A stretch of 64,000 nt of DNA from Callorhinchus milii (Eukaryota), in assembly GCF_018977255.1 (NCBI RefSeq), contig NW_024704742.1, forward strand, positions 41,478,001 through 41,542,000, in the 5' to 3' direction. The notes beneath the pieces were generated by a model, which saw only the letters and a list, made by a program, of their open reading frames with translations, made no database searches and was not told where the DNA came from. Below, in pieces: positions 13,420 to 25,714 of this stretch (position 1 is the stretch's first letter; each line of letters starts with the position of its first letter). A program made the translations under genes and the position numbers.

Positions 13420-14712
13420 GGCTAATTATTAGGCCCATGGGATAGATGGCAGTGTGGGGGTAAAGTGGATTAGCGAAGTAACTATTTAGGAGGAAAAAAA
13501 AGTAGTGTGTATGGGAAGATATCCAGCTGGGAGCCCGTTATTGATGTACCACAGGGAATTAGTACTAGGACCAATATCTATATTTTTAGAAATGATTTGC
13601 CAAATGATGTCCTGTATGCAGTAAGTTGGTGAAAAGGTTGCAATACACGTTAATGAGAAATTAAGTTATGATATTCAACAGAAGAAAAATAGTTTAGAAT
13701 ATGTGATCACTTTGATATCAGAAGAGAAACAAAATACACTGGAAGCCGCTTAAGCCGGACAAATCGAGGCTGTTTTGTTCAGGTTAATTGACGTCCGATG
13801 TTAACCGAAGTTCCCTTATCGTTTCCCGCCCAGCAGAGAGGCAGCGGTGCCTAGTGCCTTCCATTGCAGTTTACATTAGACGGGAAGGGGACCAATTATT
13901 GGTGACTCCGAGGACAACCGGGAGCACTCCACTTATTCACAAGTGGCTCCATTTGTCCATCAACAGCTATTTGACTCCTCCCCTTATGTCGTCCCCTTTC
14001 CAGCCACCTTCTCACTGATTGACAGTCTGGAGCCACTTGTGAATGGCTGGAGTCCGCTGTCAATCGAATGCAATTTGACTCCTCCCCCCCCATCCATCCC
14101 GGAGCCGCTAGAAGCAGAGTGAGTATCTGCTGCAATGACCAGTGCAGCATTTTGTCTCGGTTAACCAGATTTCTGTCTGAATTAACCGGCATATTTAAAA
14201 ATAGTTATGATACAAATGAATCGGGACCAGGTATTTTGTTAGATTCATTCGGTGTCCAGCCAAAACGGCTTCCACTGTATTGGCAGAATGTTCCCAGGTA
14301 GTTAAAAAAAAATGTTGGCATGTATAATTGAGATGGTAATGAATAAATCAGAAGATTTTAAATTGATCTCTCACCTTAGTGAAATCACATTTGGAATTTT
14401 GGATGCAATTGTGGTTTCTTTTTCTTTCTCTCAAGGGAGGTCTATAAACGTACCTCTTTTGATCATTTTTCCCCTCACCACCCCTCTCAGCTTGGGTGAC
14501 ATGAAAGACACTATATAAATGCAACTTGCATATTCTTTCAAAAATACATTTGGTTGTTCAAAGGAGTTCAGCGGAGGACTATTAGATTAATTCCAAATCT
14601 GAAGGACAGAGCTATAAACAACAAAGGCCAACATAGGACCTTCGAAAAGATAGAAAGGAACTTAAAAATATTTAAAATTATGAAAGGTTTACAAAAATTA
14701 AATACAGATAAG
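13420..14712 (+). mobile_element. Old CR1 fragment split by a DNA-transposon insertion
   Basis: gtaccacagggaattagtactaggacca (VPQGxVLGP) before and GVQRRTIRLIPNLK...IFKIMKG after the insert. Confidence 0.65.
13737..14277. mobile_element. Non-autonomous Tc1/mariner (Tigger/pogo-like) DNA transposon
   Basis: TA on both sides (13735-36, 14278-79); imperfect TIRs CACTGGAAGCCGCTTAAGCCGGACA / reverse complement CAGTGGAAGCCGTTTTGGCTGGACA; CpG-rich interior. Confidence 0.82.
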
Positions 14713-14713
14713 A

Positions 14714-15032
14714 TAATACTAATAATAATCCTTGCATTTGATATAGCGCTTTTCATGTCGGGAGGACGTCCCAAAGTGCTTCACAGAACACACTGTAAAG
14801 TGAATTGACTGTATATTTGTGGGCGAATGCGGCAGCCAATTGCGCACAGCAATGTCCCAAACAGTAGTAGATTAAAAATGAACAATTTATCATTGTTTTT
14901 GTTTTGGAGGGATTATTATTAGGCTCTGTGTGGAGTAAGGAAACTTGCCCAAGGTTTCGCCCTCTGCCTGGAATTGAACCCAGGTCTCTCGCTTGCAAAG
15001 CGAGTGCTCTAACCACTGAGCTACAGGACTCC
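14714..15032 (-). mobile_element. Young tRNA-derived SINE, full length (~320 bp), L2-type tail ending (ATT)n
   Basis: Head GGAGTCCTGTAGCTCAGTGGTTAGAGCA...GGTTCAATTCC with Pol III A and B boxes; near-identical to several other copies in the window. Confidence 0.92.
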
Positions 15033-15658
15033 ACAGATACTCCAAAGATACTCTGCGTGCTAGAAACTCAACAAGGGAGCTTTGCAGCTTCAAATTAAAC
15101 AGCATACTAGTGTAGCAGGAGCATTTTTGTAAATGGATTAAGAGCACAGTACAAGCACAGATAGCAAAACAACAAAAGGAACTACACAAATTCCCTTAAA
15201 TTAGGATTCGGGGTCATTAGGGAATGAGACTGATGTGTCAAAGCAATCTTTCAGACCATTTGTTGAAAAGGCTAAATAAACTAACGGTCTGCTCTGAACT
15301 GAAACTGCCAGAGCATTCATTGAGCAAGATCCATATTAGCTATAAAGAGGGAACTGGAGAGCCATCTAAAAATGAGCAATTTGAAGGGGTATAAGAAAAG
15401 CAACAATTTACATTTATACAAGCTCCCAACTCAGAATAACATGCGAGCACTGGAGGTAAACAAGACTGAATGAATTGTTCTTCCAAAGAGTAAACAGACA
15501 CGATAGGCCATAGGGTCTCCTTCAATGCTGCAAAGTTCTATGGAAAGTTATAGGTGCCACACACAACTCCAAAGCTCTGTGGAGATGAGATAAGAGAACC
15601 TTCAAAATAGCAAAATCTCCAGTTGTCATGACTGACCTACCAAACTCACCGTGATGTA

Positions 15659-15827
15659 CAGTAAGCTCTCGATAATTCATCACTCCAAGAAAAAGGGCTC
15701 AGTGTCAAGTTATCCAGCGTGTTGAGTTTGGCATATGTATTAAATACATAAATGCGGTTGGGATACTGACAGCATGCTGACTTCAGCAGTAGTGACAAGT
15801 TAAAGTAAAGTTATCAGGAGTTTACTA
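15659..15827. mobile_element. Probable short Tigger-like MITE
   Basis: TA-cagtaagctctcgataa vs reverse complement of the end, TA-tagtaaactcctgataa. Confidence 0.55.
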
Positions 15828-16105
15828 TATATACAAGGATTGTATATTCAGGAGTTCAAGTTTACTGTATATGCAAATCATCTTTAAAACATGGGACTAC
15901 CCAGGGCAGTTATACAGCATTTGAAATTATCTTATTAATGAAGCTTGATTTGTGCCTGTAATTACATAGCAACCAAGAATTCCAACCAACTTTTGTGCTT
16001 TTGGATCAAATGAAACATACATCTAAACCACGATTATTTTGTACTATCAACATTTTAATTTGTCAGCTATGTGCCTTGATGCACACAGAAGCCTGCTACC
16101 ATGCC

Positions 16106-16141
16106 GGGGGGGGGGGGGGGGGGGGGGGGAGAGAGGGAGAG
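16106..16141. repeat. Poly-G tract followed by GA repeat
   Basis: Run of ~24 G then gagagggaga. Confidence 0.9.
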
Positions 16142-16548
16142 ATTTATTTTAAGTAAGTTCTTTTAACTACAGAAAATTGACTTTAAAGTTCAGACTGAAT
16201 TCAACAGTTTGCTAAATTCTGTTTTCTGAAATAGTACGCAAGAGTAAATCTAGGCCCAGGTGAAATTTGCTGGCCCAAAATGGTTGCTGCACTTGCCTAC
16301 AAATAGAGTAACTACAATTTACAGTAAATTATGTGAAGCACTTCATTTAAAACATTTAAAAATTACAACTTTAAAGAAATATATTAGCACCGTAGCACAT
16401 AATCAGTAATTGATGCTCTGCTCTTAGTTATCAGAGCAATCAAAGTTACGTTTTCATTTCTCAGCAAAGGTGGTGAGGCAAAGACTTTCCACCTAAATCT
16501 TCCCATGAAAACATTTTATAAATGCAATAGAATATTTATGCTAAATCG

Positions 16549-16850
16549 ATAATAATCCTTGCATTTGATAGTCTTTCATGTCTTTGACTTCTCAAAGTGC
16601 TTCACAGAATATACTGTAAAGTGAATTGACTGTATATTTGTGGGCAAAACACAGCAGCCAATTGCGCACAGCAGTGTCCCACAAACAGTTGTGGATTGAA
16701 GTGACCAATTTATTATTGTTTTTTTTCTTGAGGGATTTTTATCAGGCGTGTGGAGTAAGGAAACTTGCCCAAGGTTTCACACTGCTGGGAATCAAACCCA
16801 GGTCTCTCACTTGTGAGGCGATTGCTCTAACCACTGAGCTACAGGACTCC
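16549..16850 (-). mobile_element. tRNA-SINE, full length, second subfamily
   Basis: Same family with diagnostic short indels relative to 14714-15032. Confidence 0.9.
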
Positions 16851-17326
16851 AAAGTTGATGTCAAAGTTCTTACTAGGATACCTTTACAGAATAGTGAAAG
16901 TGTTAGTTTCTGATGGCAAAGAAACCAAATCTGGAGCACTGAAATACCTACTGTGCAATTGAGCACAAGAGGAACTGTCAAAATAATTCCCACTAAGTAA
17001 ATAAATCTAACAATGAATGCGTGGAAAATAACCTTAGTTTGGCCAAGTATTGAAGTACATTCAACAAAAAAATATTTTTTCTGCTTATTTTGGATAATTT
17101 ATTTGTATAAATCAGTCGAATTAAGCAAAATTTAATTAAAATTGAATGATATACACTAATTATGTACAATTCTATCAGCCTAGAATTTTAAAACCAGTTA
17201 TAATCCTTGCAACTTGTATTTCACAATTAACAAATTCAAACCAACTTTTAACAAACTTTGGAATTCAATTACCCTTCGTCCAGCACTACTAGCAAGTTGA
17301 CTCTGCCATTTGTATTGTGTTCTTGG

Positions 17327-18092
17327 CACATAGACAGAATGGTAAAATGGGCAGACGCATGGCAGATGAGTTTCAATGTAGAGAAATGCGAAGTAATGCA
17401 TTTTTGTAGAAAGAATGAGGAGAGGCGATATAGTCCAGGTAATACAATCTTAAGGGGGGGTAAAAGAACAGAGAGACCTAGGGGTGCAGGTAAATGAATC
17501 CTTGAAGGTGGCAGGACAGGTAGATAAGGCTGTGAAAAGGGCAAATGGGATTCTAGGCTTTATAAATAGGGGCACCACACTATAGGAAGGATGTTAAGGC
17601 ATTGGAAAGGGTGCAGAGGAGATTTACGAGGATGGTACCAGGAATGAGGGACCTTGATTATGAGGAAAGGCTGGAGAGGTTAGGATTATTCTCATTGGAG
17701 CAGAGGTTACAAGGAGACCTAATAGAGGTCTTCAAAATCATGAGGGGATTTGATAGGTTAGAAAGGGATAAAATTGTTTTCACTGGTGGGTGTGTCGGTG
17801 ACTCAAGGTCAGATTCAAAATAGTATCTAAAAGAAGCAGAGGGGAGGTGAGAAGAAATTTTTTTCACGCAGCGAATTGTTCAAATCTGGAACGCATTGCC
17901 TGAAAGGGTGGTCGAGGCCGATTCGATAACTACTTTTAAAAACGCGGTGGACAGGTATTTGAGGAGGACGGGTTTGCAGGGTTATGGGGAAAGGGCTGGG
18001 GAGTGAGATTGACTTTAATTGCTCTATTCAAAGAGCCGGCACAAACTCGATGGGCCGAATAACCTCTTTTTGTGCTGTACAATTCTGATTCC
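17327..18092 (+). mobile_element. CR1 LINE 3' end, 5'-truncated
   Basis: WADAWQMSFNVEKCEVMHF; ERVQRRFTRMVPGMRDLDYEERLERLGLFSLE...GDLIEVFKIM; CR1-type 3'UTR gatgggccgaa...tgtgctgtacaattctgatt. Confidence 0.92.
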
Positions 18093-19020
18093 TTTTGTTG
18101 CCTTCAGTTACCATCCCATTCCTTCGTCTTTCGACCCACCCCTATTCTTACAATACAAGAATTCCTTATTATTATACAACTCCAAACCATTCCTGTTATA
18201 GTTGATGCGCCATAAAATCATCTAATCCTCTAACTAGTTTTGAACTATTCTCACTATTCACTTGTTGATTTAATTAACAATTTCTCATCCCCTCAACTGA
18301 CCTTATTGAAGTGCAAGACCTTGGCTTGCGACTCTCTCTCTCCCCCCCACCACTGCTAATAATGAATTCTACTATAGTTTTGGTCACTATCTCCACAAAA
18401 ATAATAAAGATCATAATTTCCAAAATAGCTAATGGGCAGAATAATAAGTCAAATCTTACATGCAAATTATATATTTTTTAAAATCCCATTTTAATCATCA
18501 GTTGAAACACAGAAGTCAATGATATGATGTATTTGAAACATTTGAAAGTCACCTCAGCACAAACACAACCTTCATTACAGCCACACACTATTCAAAATCA
18601 TTCTTGCACTTGGATAAACAGGTATGACTAGAATCCTTAAATGAAACTTACCCTGCTTGATTTTAGAATATCTAAATGGCTATGTCAACCCTACAAATCC
18701 GAAGTCTTAAGAGTGTTTTCTAAGAAAAGAAAATGATCTGAAAAAAGATGACCACAAAACTTGACAGTGGGAGAAAAAAATATCCAAACAGCTTGTGTTT
18801 ACCCGACACCTTACAAATAGACAAAACGCCTCAAATTACATCATCCTTGGTTTGATATCGTGCCTATAATATCAAAGCATCGCAGGGTGCTTCTCAGGTA
18901 ATTACAGTAAACCGTATCAGTTGGGAGCATAACATTCAATATGACTTTCGCAAAGTATGGGCAAACTTGCTCAAGTTGTTCAAAATCTGATTTAACCAAT
19001 AACCTATATTGCACATGTGT

Positions 19021-19478
19021 AATAATAATAACCCTTGCATTTGATATAGCGCTTTTCATGTCAGGAGGACGTCCCAAAGCGCTTTACAGAACACACTGTA
19101 AAGTGAATTGACCGTATATTTGTGGGCGAACGCGGCAGCCAATTGCGCACAGCAATAATAATAATAATAATCCTTGCATTTGATATAGCGCTTTTCACAT
19201 CGGGAGGACGTCCCAAAGCGCTTCACAGAACACACTGTAAAGTGAATTGACCGTATATTTGTGGGCGAACGCGGCAGCCAATTGCGCACAGCAATGTCCC
19301 ACAAACAGTCGTAGATTGAAAATGACCAATTTATTTATTGTTTTTGTTTTTGGGGGGATTATTATTAGGCTCTGTGTGGAGTAAGGAAACTTGCCCAAGG
19401 TTTCGCCCTCTGCCTGGAATTGAACTCAGGTCTCTCACTTGCAAAGCGAGTGTTCTAACCACTGAGCTACAGGACTCC
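19021..19478 (-). mobile_element. tRNA-SINE with tandemly duplicated 3' ~134 bp
   Basis: Full copy 19155-19478 plus a near-identical tail copy 19021-19154. Confidence 0.92.
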
Positions 19479-20544
19479 AATGCAGCCAGTAAGCGAGCAT
19501 GCACCCATGAGTTAGAACTTCATTCACTGCAATTCAATGCCGCTAGTAAATGCGCACACAACGATGGACCAACACTTTGTTTCCATCGCTGGTTTCAAAC
19601 TGAATACTGCACATGCATATATACATCAATGCAGCATTTGAGTGATCATGCATCGACAAGTCAGGACTTCATTTCCTGCTATTCAATGCAGTAGCAGCAG
19701 TACAAGATGAATTATTTTATAAAAAACAACTAAGTGTTTTTGGGTAGGAAACTGAATGTGACTCAGGTGCATATACGACTTAGGTGATTATACGATTTAT
19801 AAATATAAGACTTAGACCATGAAGTGAATGACTAATTTTGTCTGGACAATTTACAAAGAATGTACAGCATAGGCCCAACCAGTCTGTGTCGATGTTTATA
19901 CTTCACGTGAGTCTCCAACCATTCCTTCCCCTCTTCCTCATATGAAGGTCTAGCTTCCTCTTGACTAATCTGATTCAACCACTTCTTCAATCAGCGTTCG
20001 ACAACCTCACTACCTCTCTGTGTGAAGTAGTTCCTCCTAAATTCTCTTTTAGATCCTCGTCACTATCTTTTTCTGTTGTCCCCTAGTTACGGACTTCCAG
20101 CATTGGTGCAGGTTTGCAAGAGCCAAAGCTCAAGGATCAGAGTGGGCATTGAGGTATTGCTGGAATTCGATCAGCTAAAACCACATGTCTTACATTTGAA
20201 TGCATGGTCTTCCAAACTTGCAGTTGCTAGCCCAACTATAACCACCCTACCAGTTAGAACTTTGCTTGCTGGATTAGCATGAACAGAGCAGGAAGAGTCC
20301 TTTACCCCATTGACCCTTTAAGTCCTGCTGACATACCAGGCTGGTTGGTGTCACCTAGGAGTGTCAGAGTAATCAGTCACACTCACCTTAACTACTGAGA
20401 CTGCCAAGCACATCACTCCAGAGCCAGCTCACCTGAAGGGCGGAAATAATGCAGTACACCCCCCAAGTAATGTACGAGTGCAAGCCCAAAATTCCAATGT
20501 GGGGATTTAACACACATCCTTCTGACTTAAAATGGTGAAAGACT

Positions 20545-21020
20545 AACTTTACATAGTGGAGGTTGGAGATGGCCAAAGGCACAGTGGAAGAGGTAGGTTT
20601 TAAAATGGTACTTGAAGGCAGAAGGGGGCAGAAAAGTGAGTTCCAGAGGTTAGCAGTGTAGTATCTGAAGACTCGGACACCAATGCTGGTGCAAAAAGGG
20701 AAGGGTACATGCAATAAGCCTATTAGTCAAGCTGAGGAGTGGAAAGGAGATGGGGAGATACTGGGGTGCGAGGAATTTATTGGGGAGGACATTGAAATCT
20801 TTGCTGGGAGACAGTGGCATATGACAAGAATTAGGGTAATGGGTACAGTTAAGGATATGGACACCAAAATTTCAGATAAGCCCGGTCTTCAGGATGGTGG
20901 AGCTATGGAGATCAGGGAGTGATGTATTTGAGAAGTCTAGGGATAACAATGGGGTGAACAAGGGTTTTTGCAGCATTTTAGTGAGATAGATGCAGAGACA
21001 ATAATATTGTGCAAACTGGT
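20545..21020 (-). mobile_element. Decayed L2 3' fragment
   Basis: SIGVRVFRYYTANLWNSL-like remnant; colinear with other L2 tails. Confidence 0.65.
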
Positions 21021-21889
21021 TCAGTGATTTTTAATAACCATAATTCTACAATTCAATATAAGCAGAACAATCAAAGTATGACGTGCAGTTTGCAGTTTCA
21101 CACAAGTTCCTTTTAAACCTCAAGTTCATACTCAAATCAATGGAAGCGTCTTGAGTCCTGGGTTCCTTAGCTGAGATTGATCAGCAGCAGAAACATTAAA
21201 GATCTTCCATGAAAGAATCAAACAATATTTAGATCCAATTTAAGCAGAAGCTAATAACTCTTTTGTTAAAAATTATCTAATGTAATCGATTCAAAATCTA
21301 GTTCTAAATCGAAGCCATGCAGGGGCCAACTCAACACCCAAATCACATGTCCAAAATACACTCTCTTTACAGTCAAGACACAAAAAAATGTACTGGCCAT
21401 GCACTTTTTAAACCTTTTTTTAAAAAAACTTTATTTAAAAAAAAATCAGTTGATGCCCTGCAGTGTGGCAATCAATACAACCAATTTATGAATTGATACC
21501 TGAATGCACAATGTCCATTAAATACAAAAGGACATTGCAAAATTAGTCAAACTGCAGGTGTCCCAACCCCTTTCCAACGTGTTGCCATGCCGACAACATC
21601 AATGCATGGAACGTCCTAGATTTTTACAAAATTAATGCAATGATTTGTCACATGGAGCTTTTGAATCAACAAAAGCAACAGATCTTTTAAAAAAAATGTA
21701 TCCCTTTAGGCATTAATAGGGCTTTGACACAAGCCTGTACGGGTTTCAACAAATTTTAGTCCCCATCCCTACAGGATGTCAGATATCCTAATGTCCCAGA
21801 TGGACAATTCAACGTCAAAACGTCATTCAACCAACCATATATATTGGAACACCAGGATAAAAGATATTACGCACTGTTCCCCTAACTCA

Positions 21890-22500
21890 GCAAAATAAAA
21901 GCCATGCATTACCTGTCTATGCCATAACCCCTCCCCTCAGGTCCCCAAGACCTTCATCTATGCCTTCATCGGGTGCAGGCTCGACAACACCAACACTGAA
22001 CTCCCCAGCTTTCCCCTACACAAGCTGTAGACTATCCAGAATTCTGCAGCCTGTGACCTCTACAGCACAAGGCTTTGCAAGCCTATCACCCACATCCTTA
22101 GCCATCCTATTCCCAATTGATTTAACTCAAGATCCTAGTTCTCACCTTTAAACTTCTCCATGGTCTCACCCGACCATAACTCACAACTCTGTATCCTCCT
22201 TCAACCCACCAAACCAGCCACTCCCTTAGCTCAGCGAACACCAGGCTGCTTCATGTCACTTACACTATATGCCCCCCTCTATCGGAGGATTGGCTTTCAG
22301 CCATTCTGCTCCTGTTCTTTGGAACTCCACCTGGAGTCCCTCCAATTTATTTCCTCCCTCACCTTGTTCAAGGTCTATCTCAAGAGGTATGTCTTTGACA
22401 ACACTTTAGATCATATTTTGCCTCCCCACCCCTCAGTGTCAAACACTTTGGAATATCCTTCCAACATGAAAAGCACTAGATCAATGTAAGATTGTATTTC
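21890..22500 (+). mobile_element. Decayed L2 3' fragment
   Basis: atccagaattctgcagcc, caagatcctagttctcacctttaaa and tail. Confidence 0.78.
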
Positions 22501-22924
22501 CTTTACGAGAAGAAATAAAGCACAGGAAAGTCACCGTAGGCTTGTCTGATATTTTGTTGCCATAGAGGCCAATATATTGGGCAATGCCCAAGATGATCTG
22601 AAGAACAAATGATATTGAATGGCTTCCATAAAATTAAAAATTGACTCTGATGACCAAGTACTATTCAACTACAGCACTCTGGGCAGTTAAGAATCTAAAG
22701 TTTTGTGTACACCACTACAACAGGAGGGCTGACTTTCATAGTAGGATTTTACCCTCTGCGGAAGCAGTGATCTTTATGGCCTAAAATAAATATTCGCACT
22801 CTAGTCAGTATAACCAATGTAAACAGTTTTGAAATATTCTACATTAACACTTATATTTCATATTAAGTTATTTTCATAAAGTATATAATTTCACCTGATG
22901 TGCAATTGATTGTGCAACTTTCAG

Positions 22925-24510
22925 AAACAAAATGACATTTGTATAGCGCCTTTCACGTCAGAATGTCCCAACTCACTGGATAATCAGTGTATCGGATCCG
23001 AGCTGGGGTCAGGATCGGGGTGGGCAGGAAGGGAAGGAGGGCGACCGAAGGCACAGTCGAAGAGGAGGGTCTTGAGACGGGTCTTGAAGGAAGCGAGGGA
23101 GTGGCTGAAGGCCCACCTGCCAATGGTGTGGCGGGCAAGGCAGGGGACTTGGAAGCAGGCCAGAGCCCACTGAATGGAGGGAGCGGGCATGTTGTTCGGG
23201 TGTTAGTAGGTCGCAGAGGTAGGGGGAGCAAGGTCACAGAGGGCTTTGAAAACGAGGACCAGGATCTTGAACTGTATCCTCTGTGTGATAGGAAACCAGT
23301 GTAGTTGGGCGAGGCTGGGGGTGATAGGGTCGCGGAACCTGGTATGGGAGAAGACACGGGCTGCAGAGATCTAGATGACCTGCAGCCAATGGAGGGAGGA
23401 GGTGGGGAGGCCGACAAGCAAGGAGTTTGTGTAGTCGAGCCTGGATGTTATGAATGAGTGTATGAGGGGCTCAGCGGCCTGCGGTTTGAGACAGTTGCGG
23501 AGCCAAGCAATGTTGCGGAGGTGGGGAAAGGCGGAGCTGATCATGGCGCAATGGGGTAAGAAAGGCAGTTGAGGATCGAACAGGATGCCGAGGTTCCATT
23601 TTGGCTCCGTGAGATGTAGAGTGCATCCATGGAGGGAGATGCTGTCAGCGCCCGAGGTATGGAGGCGCTAACGGGAGCCAAGCAGGAGGGCCACGGTCTT
23701 GTTGACATTCAACTCCAGGAAGTTAGCTCTCATCCAGAACTGGATGTCCGACAGGCAGTCTGTCCGACAGCAGTGGTCCTGGAATCGACTGTGGAGGCAG
23801 AGAGGTAGAGTTGGGGGCCATCCACATACATGTGGAAGTTGACTGCGGATGATGTCATCAAGGACAGAGCCCTGAGCGACACCACACATGATGGTGTGGG
23901 GCTGGAGAAACCATTAGTGATGACAAAATGGAGACGGTGGGAGAGGTAGGATTCAAACCAGGCAAAGGCAAATCCGCAAAGATTGAGCTGAGAGGAGGAG
24001 CGGTGTGTAGGAGGAGAGGGGTCGACAGTGTAGAAGGTAGCAGAGATGTCGTGGAAGACAAGCTGGTGGAGAGCCTTGGTCGCAGATGTTCAGAATGTCG
24101 TTGGGCTGTTTCCGTGCTATTGGCAGCATGGAAACCCAAGGGGAGGAGTTGAGAGAAGGAATGGCGGGAGAGGAAAGAACAAAGCTGGGACACGGCGACT
24201 TGTTCCACGGCCTTGGAGAGAAATGGGGAGGTTGGAGATGTGGTGATGACTGGAAAATAGGGATGAGTCCAGGGGAGGGGTTTTTTTGAGGGTGGGGGTG
24301 ATGGCACCTATTTTTTTGGGGGGTGGGAACAGTGCCAGTGGATACGGAAAGGTTGATAATGTCGGTTAAGAGGGGCAGGAGGTGAAGCTGGGAAGAGGGT
24401 TCGGGCATGGAGTCGAGGTGGGCTTCATTTCTGAAACAATGGAAGTGAGGAAAGAGGGGGAGACAGGGTCAAAGGTGTGTTGGGAGGGAGGTGGCGAGAA
24501 AGCTTGATCT
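22925..24510 (-). mobile_element. L2-clade LINE, 5'-truncated ~1.6 kb, RT frameshifted
   Basis: Broken RT pieces (PFLSKAVEQV, GFHAANSTETA, GVAQGSVL, CLSDIQFWMRANFLELNVNKT) and C-terminal HTIGRWAFSH...FKTRLKTLLF with 3' tail. Confidence 0.9.
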
Positions 24511-25522
24511 CCCCCCACCCGCCCAATTAAACTGTGTTCCATTTGGCAAAGATACATAGATGCAGTGCTATTTTGCCATGGTATTGTACCACTGAATTTC
24601 CTCAGCAACAACAATGTGCATTTATTTAGTACCCTTCACCAGGGGTAGCATCTTGGAGCATTTAAAAGAAATAGTAGATAAAACTTCATGGCGATCAATA
24701 GGTTGCTCCTTAGGTTGGGGGAGGGGGGAGAGATAATTAGGGCTCCTTAGAGCTGATCTGGATCTAAGGAGCCTCAAAGGTGCCATACTTGGTAACACAA
24801 TGTCATAATAAAATCAACCCTCTTCGGTGGTCTGCTTCCTGAGATAGTCAGGTCCATAGTGCCTCAGAGCACTGTTCATTACAAACCAGCCAGACTGGCT
24901 CATCAGTAGCACTTGGAAGAGCAGACCAGTCACTGAGGATAGGGGCCCTAACAACACAGATGGTATTAAGCCTGGGAGCCAAAGCCCTAACAGGTAGGCT
25001 GGTCCTAAAAAAGACAATGAAGAGAAAAGTGAAAGATGACGATAGTATTAAAATCCTACACTTTAAAGTATGTTAAACCGTTAAAAGTTACCAACGCTCT
25101 AAAAATCCATCAAATAACCCCTATTGACAAAATTCATTTCAAGTACAGGTACTGCAGGAAGCGCATCTCCTTCGGGGGAGGAAGGAGAAAGAGAAGCAAT
25201 TGTAAAGTTAATCCATGACAGGTGAAAGAATTGCAGGAAAAAAGTTTGGGGGAACGGAAACAGGTGGTCGTCGTCCCCGGCGAAAAGCACTGCAAAAACG
25301 AGCGAACACACACACACACACGATAGGATTCTTTCGACAGTGAACTTTCTATGGAATAAAAGACCACGGCCGCCTGCTGCTCTCGCGAACGAAAACCCTG
25401 TTTACTTGCAGCGAAGCGGAAGTCAGAAATCGGTCACTTTTCAGGCAGGAGGAGGAGGAGGAGGAGAAGGGGGTTACGGTGAAGAGGCAGCGAGGCAGAG
25501 AATTGCCAGAAATTTAAAAGCT

Positions 25523-25714
25523 CAATGCCCACTGCACAGTCGCCCAATGCCCACTGCACAGTCGCCCAATGCCCACTGCACAGTCGCCCAATGCCCACTG
25601 CACAGTCGCCCAATGCCCACTGCACAGTCGCCCAATGCCCACTGCACAGTCGCCCAATGCCCACTGCACAGTCGCCCACTGTACAGTAGCCCAATACCCA
25701 CTGCACAGTCGCCC
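25523..25714. repeat. 22-bp minisatellite (caatgcccactgcacagtcgcc) x7 perfect plus ~1.7 degenerate copies
   Basis: Seven identical units 25523-25676 read directly, then diverged units; no spacers. Confidence 0.95.

Noticed and set aside
14960-15032. tRNA-Ala(TGC) gene
   Set aside because: D, anticodon and T arms are present but the acceptor stem does not pair, and it continues into a SINE body repeated many times.
21556-21853. hAT-like MITE (caggtgtcccaa ... ttggaacaccag)
   Set aside because: TIR match is short and imperfect and I see no 8-bp TSD.
22925-24510. Intact reverse transcriptase or novel RT system
   Set aside because: All RT-like ORFs in the window are frameshifted, 5'-truncated L2/CR1 fossils.
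25523-25714. CRISPR-like array or repeat-protein ORFs (25340..25768, 25434..25706, 25514..25750)
   Set aside because: Head-to-tail minisatellite without unique spacers in eukaryotic DNA; the ORFs simply read through the repeat.
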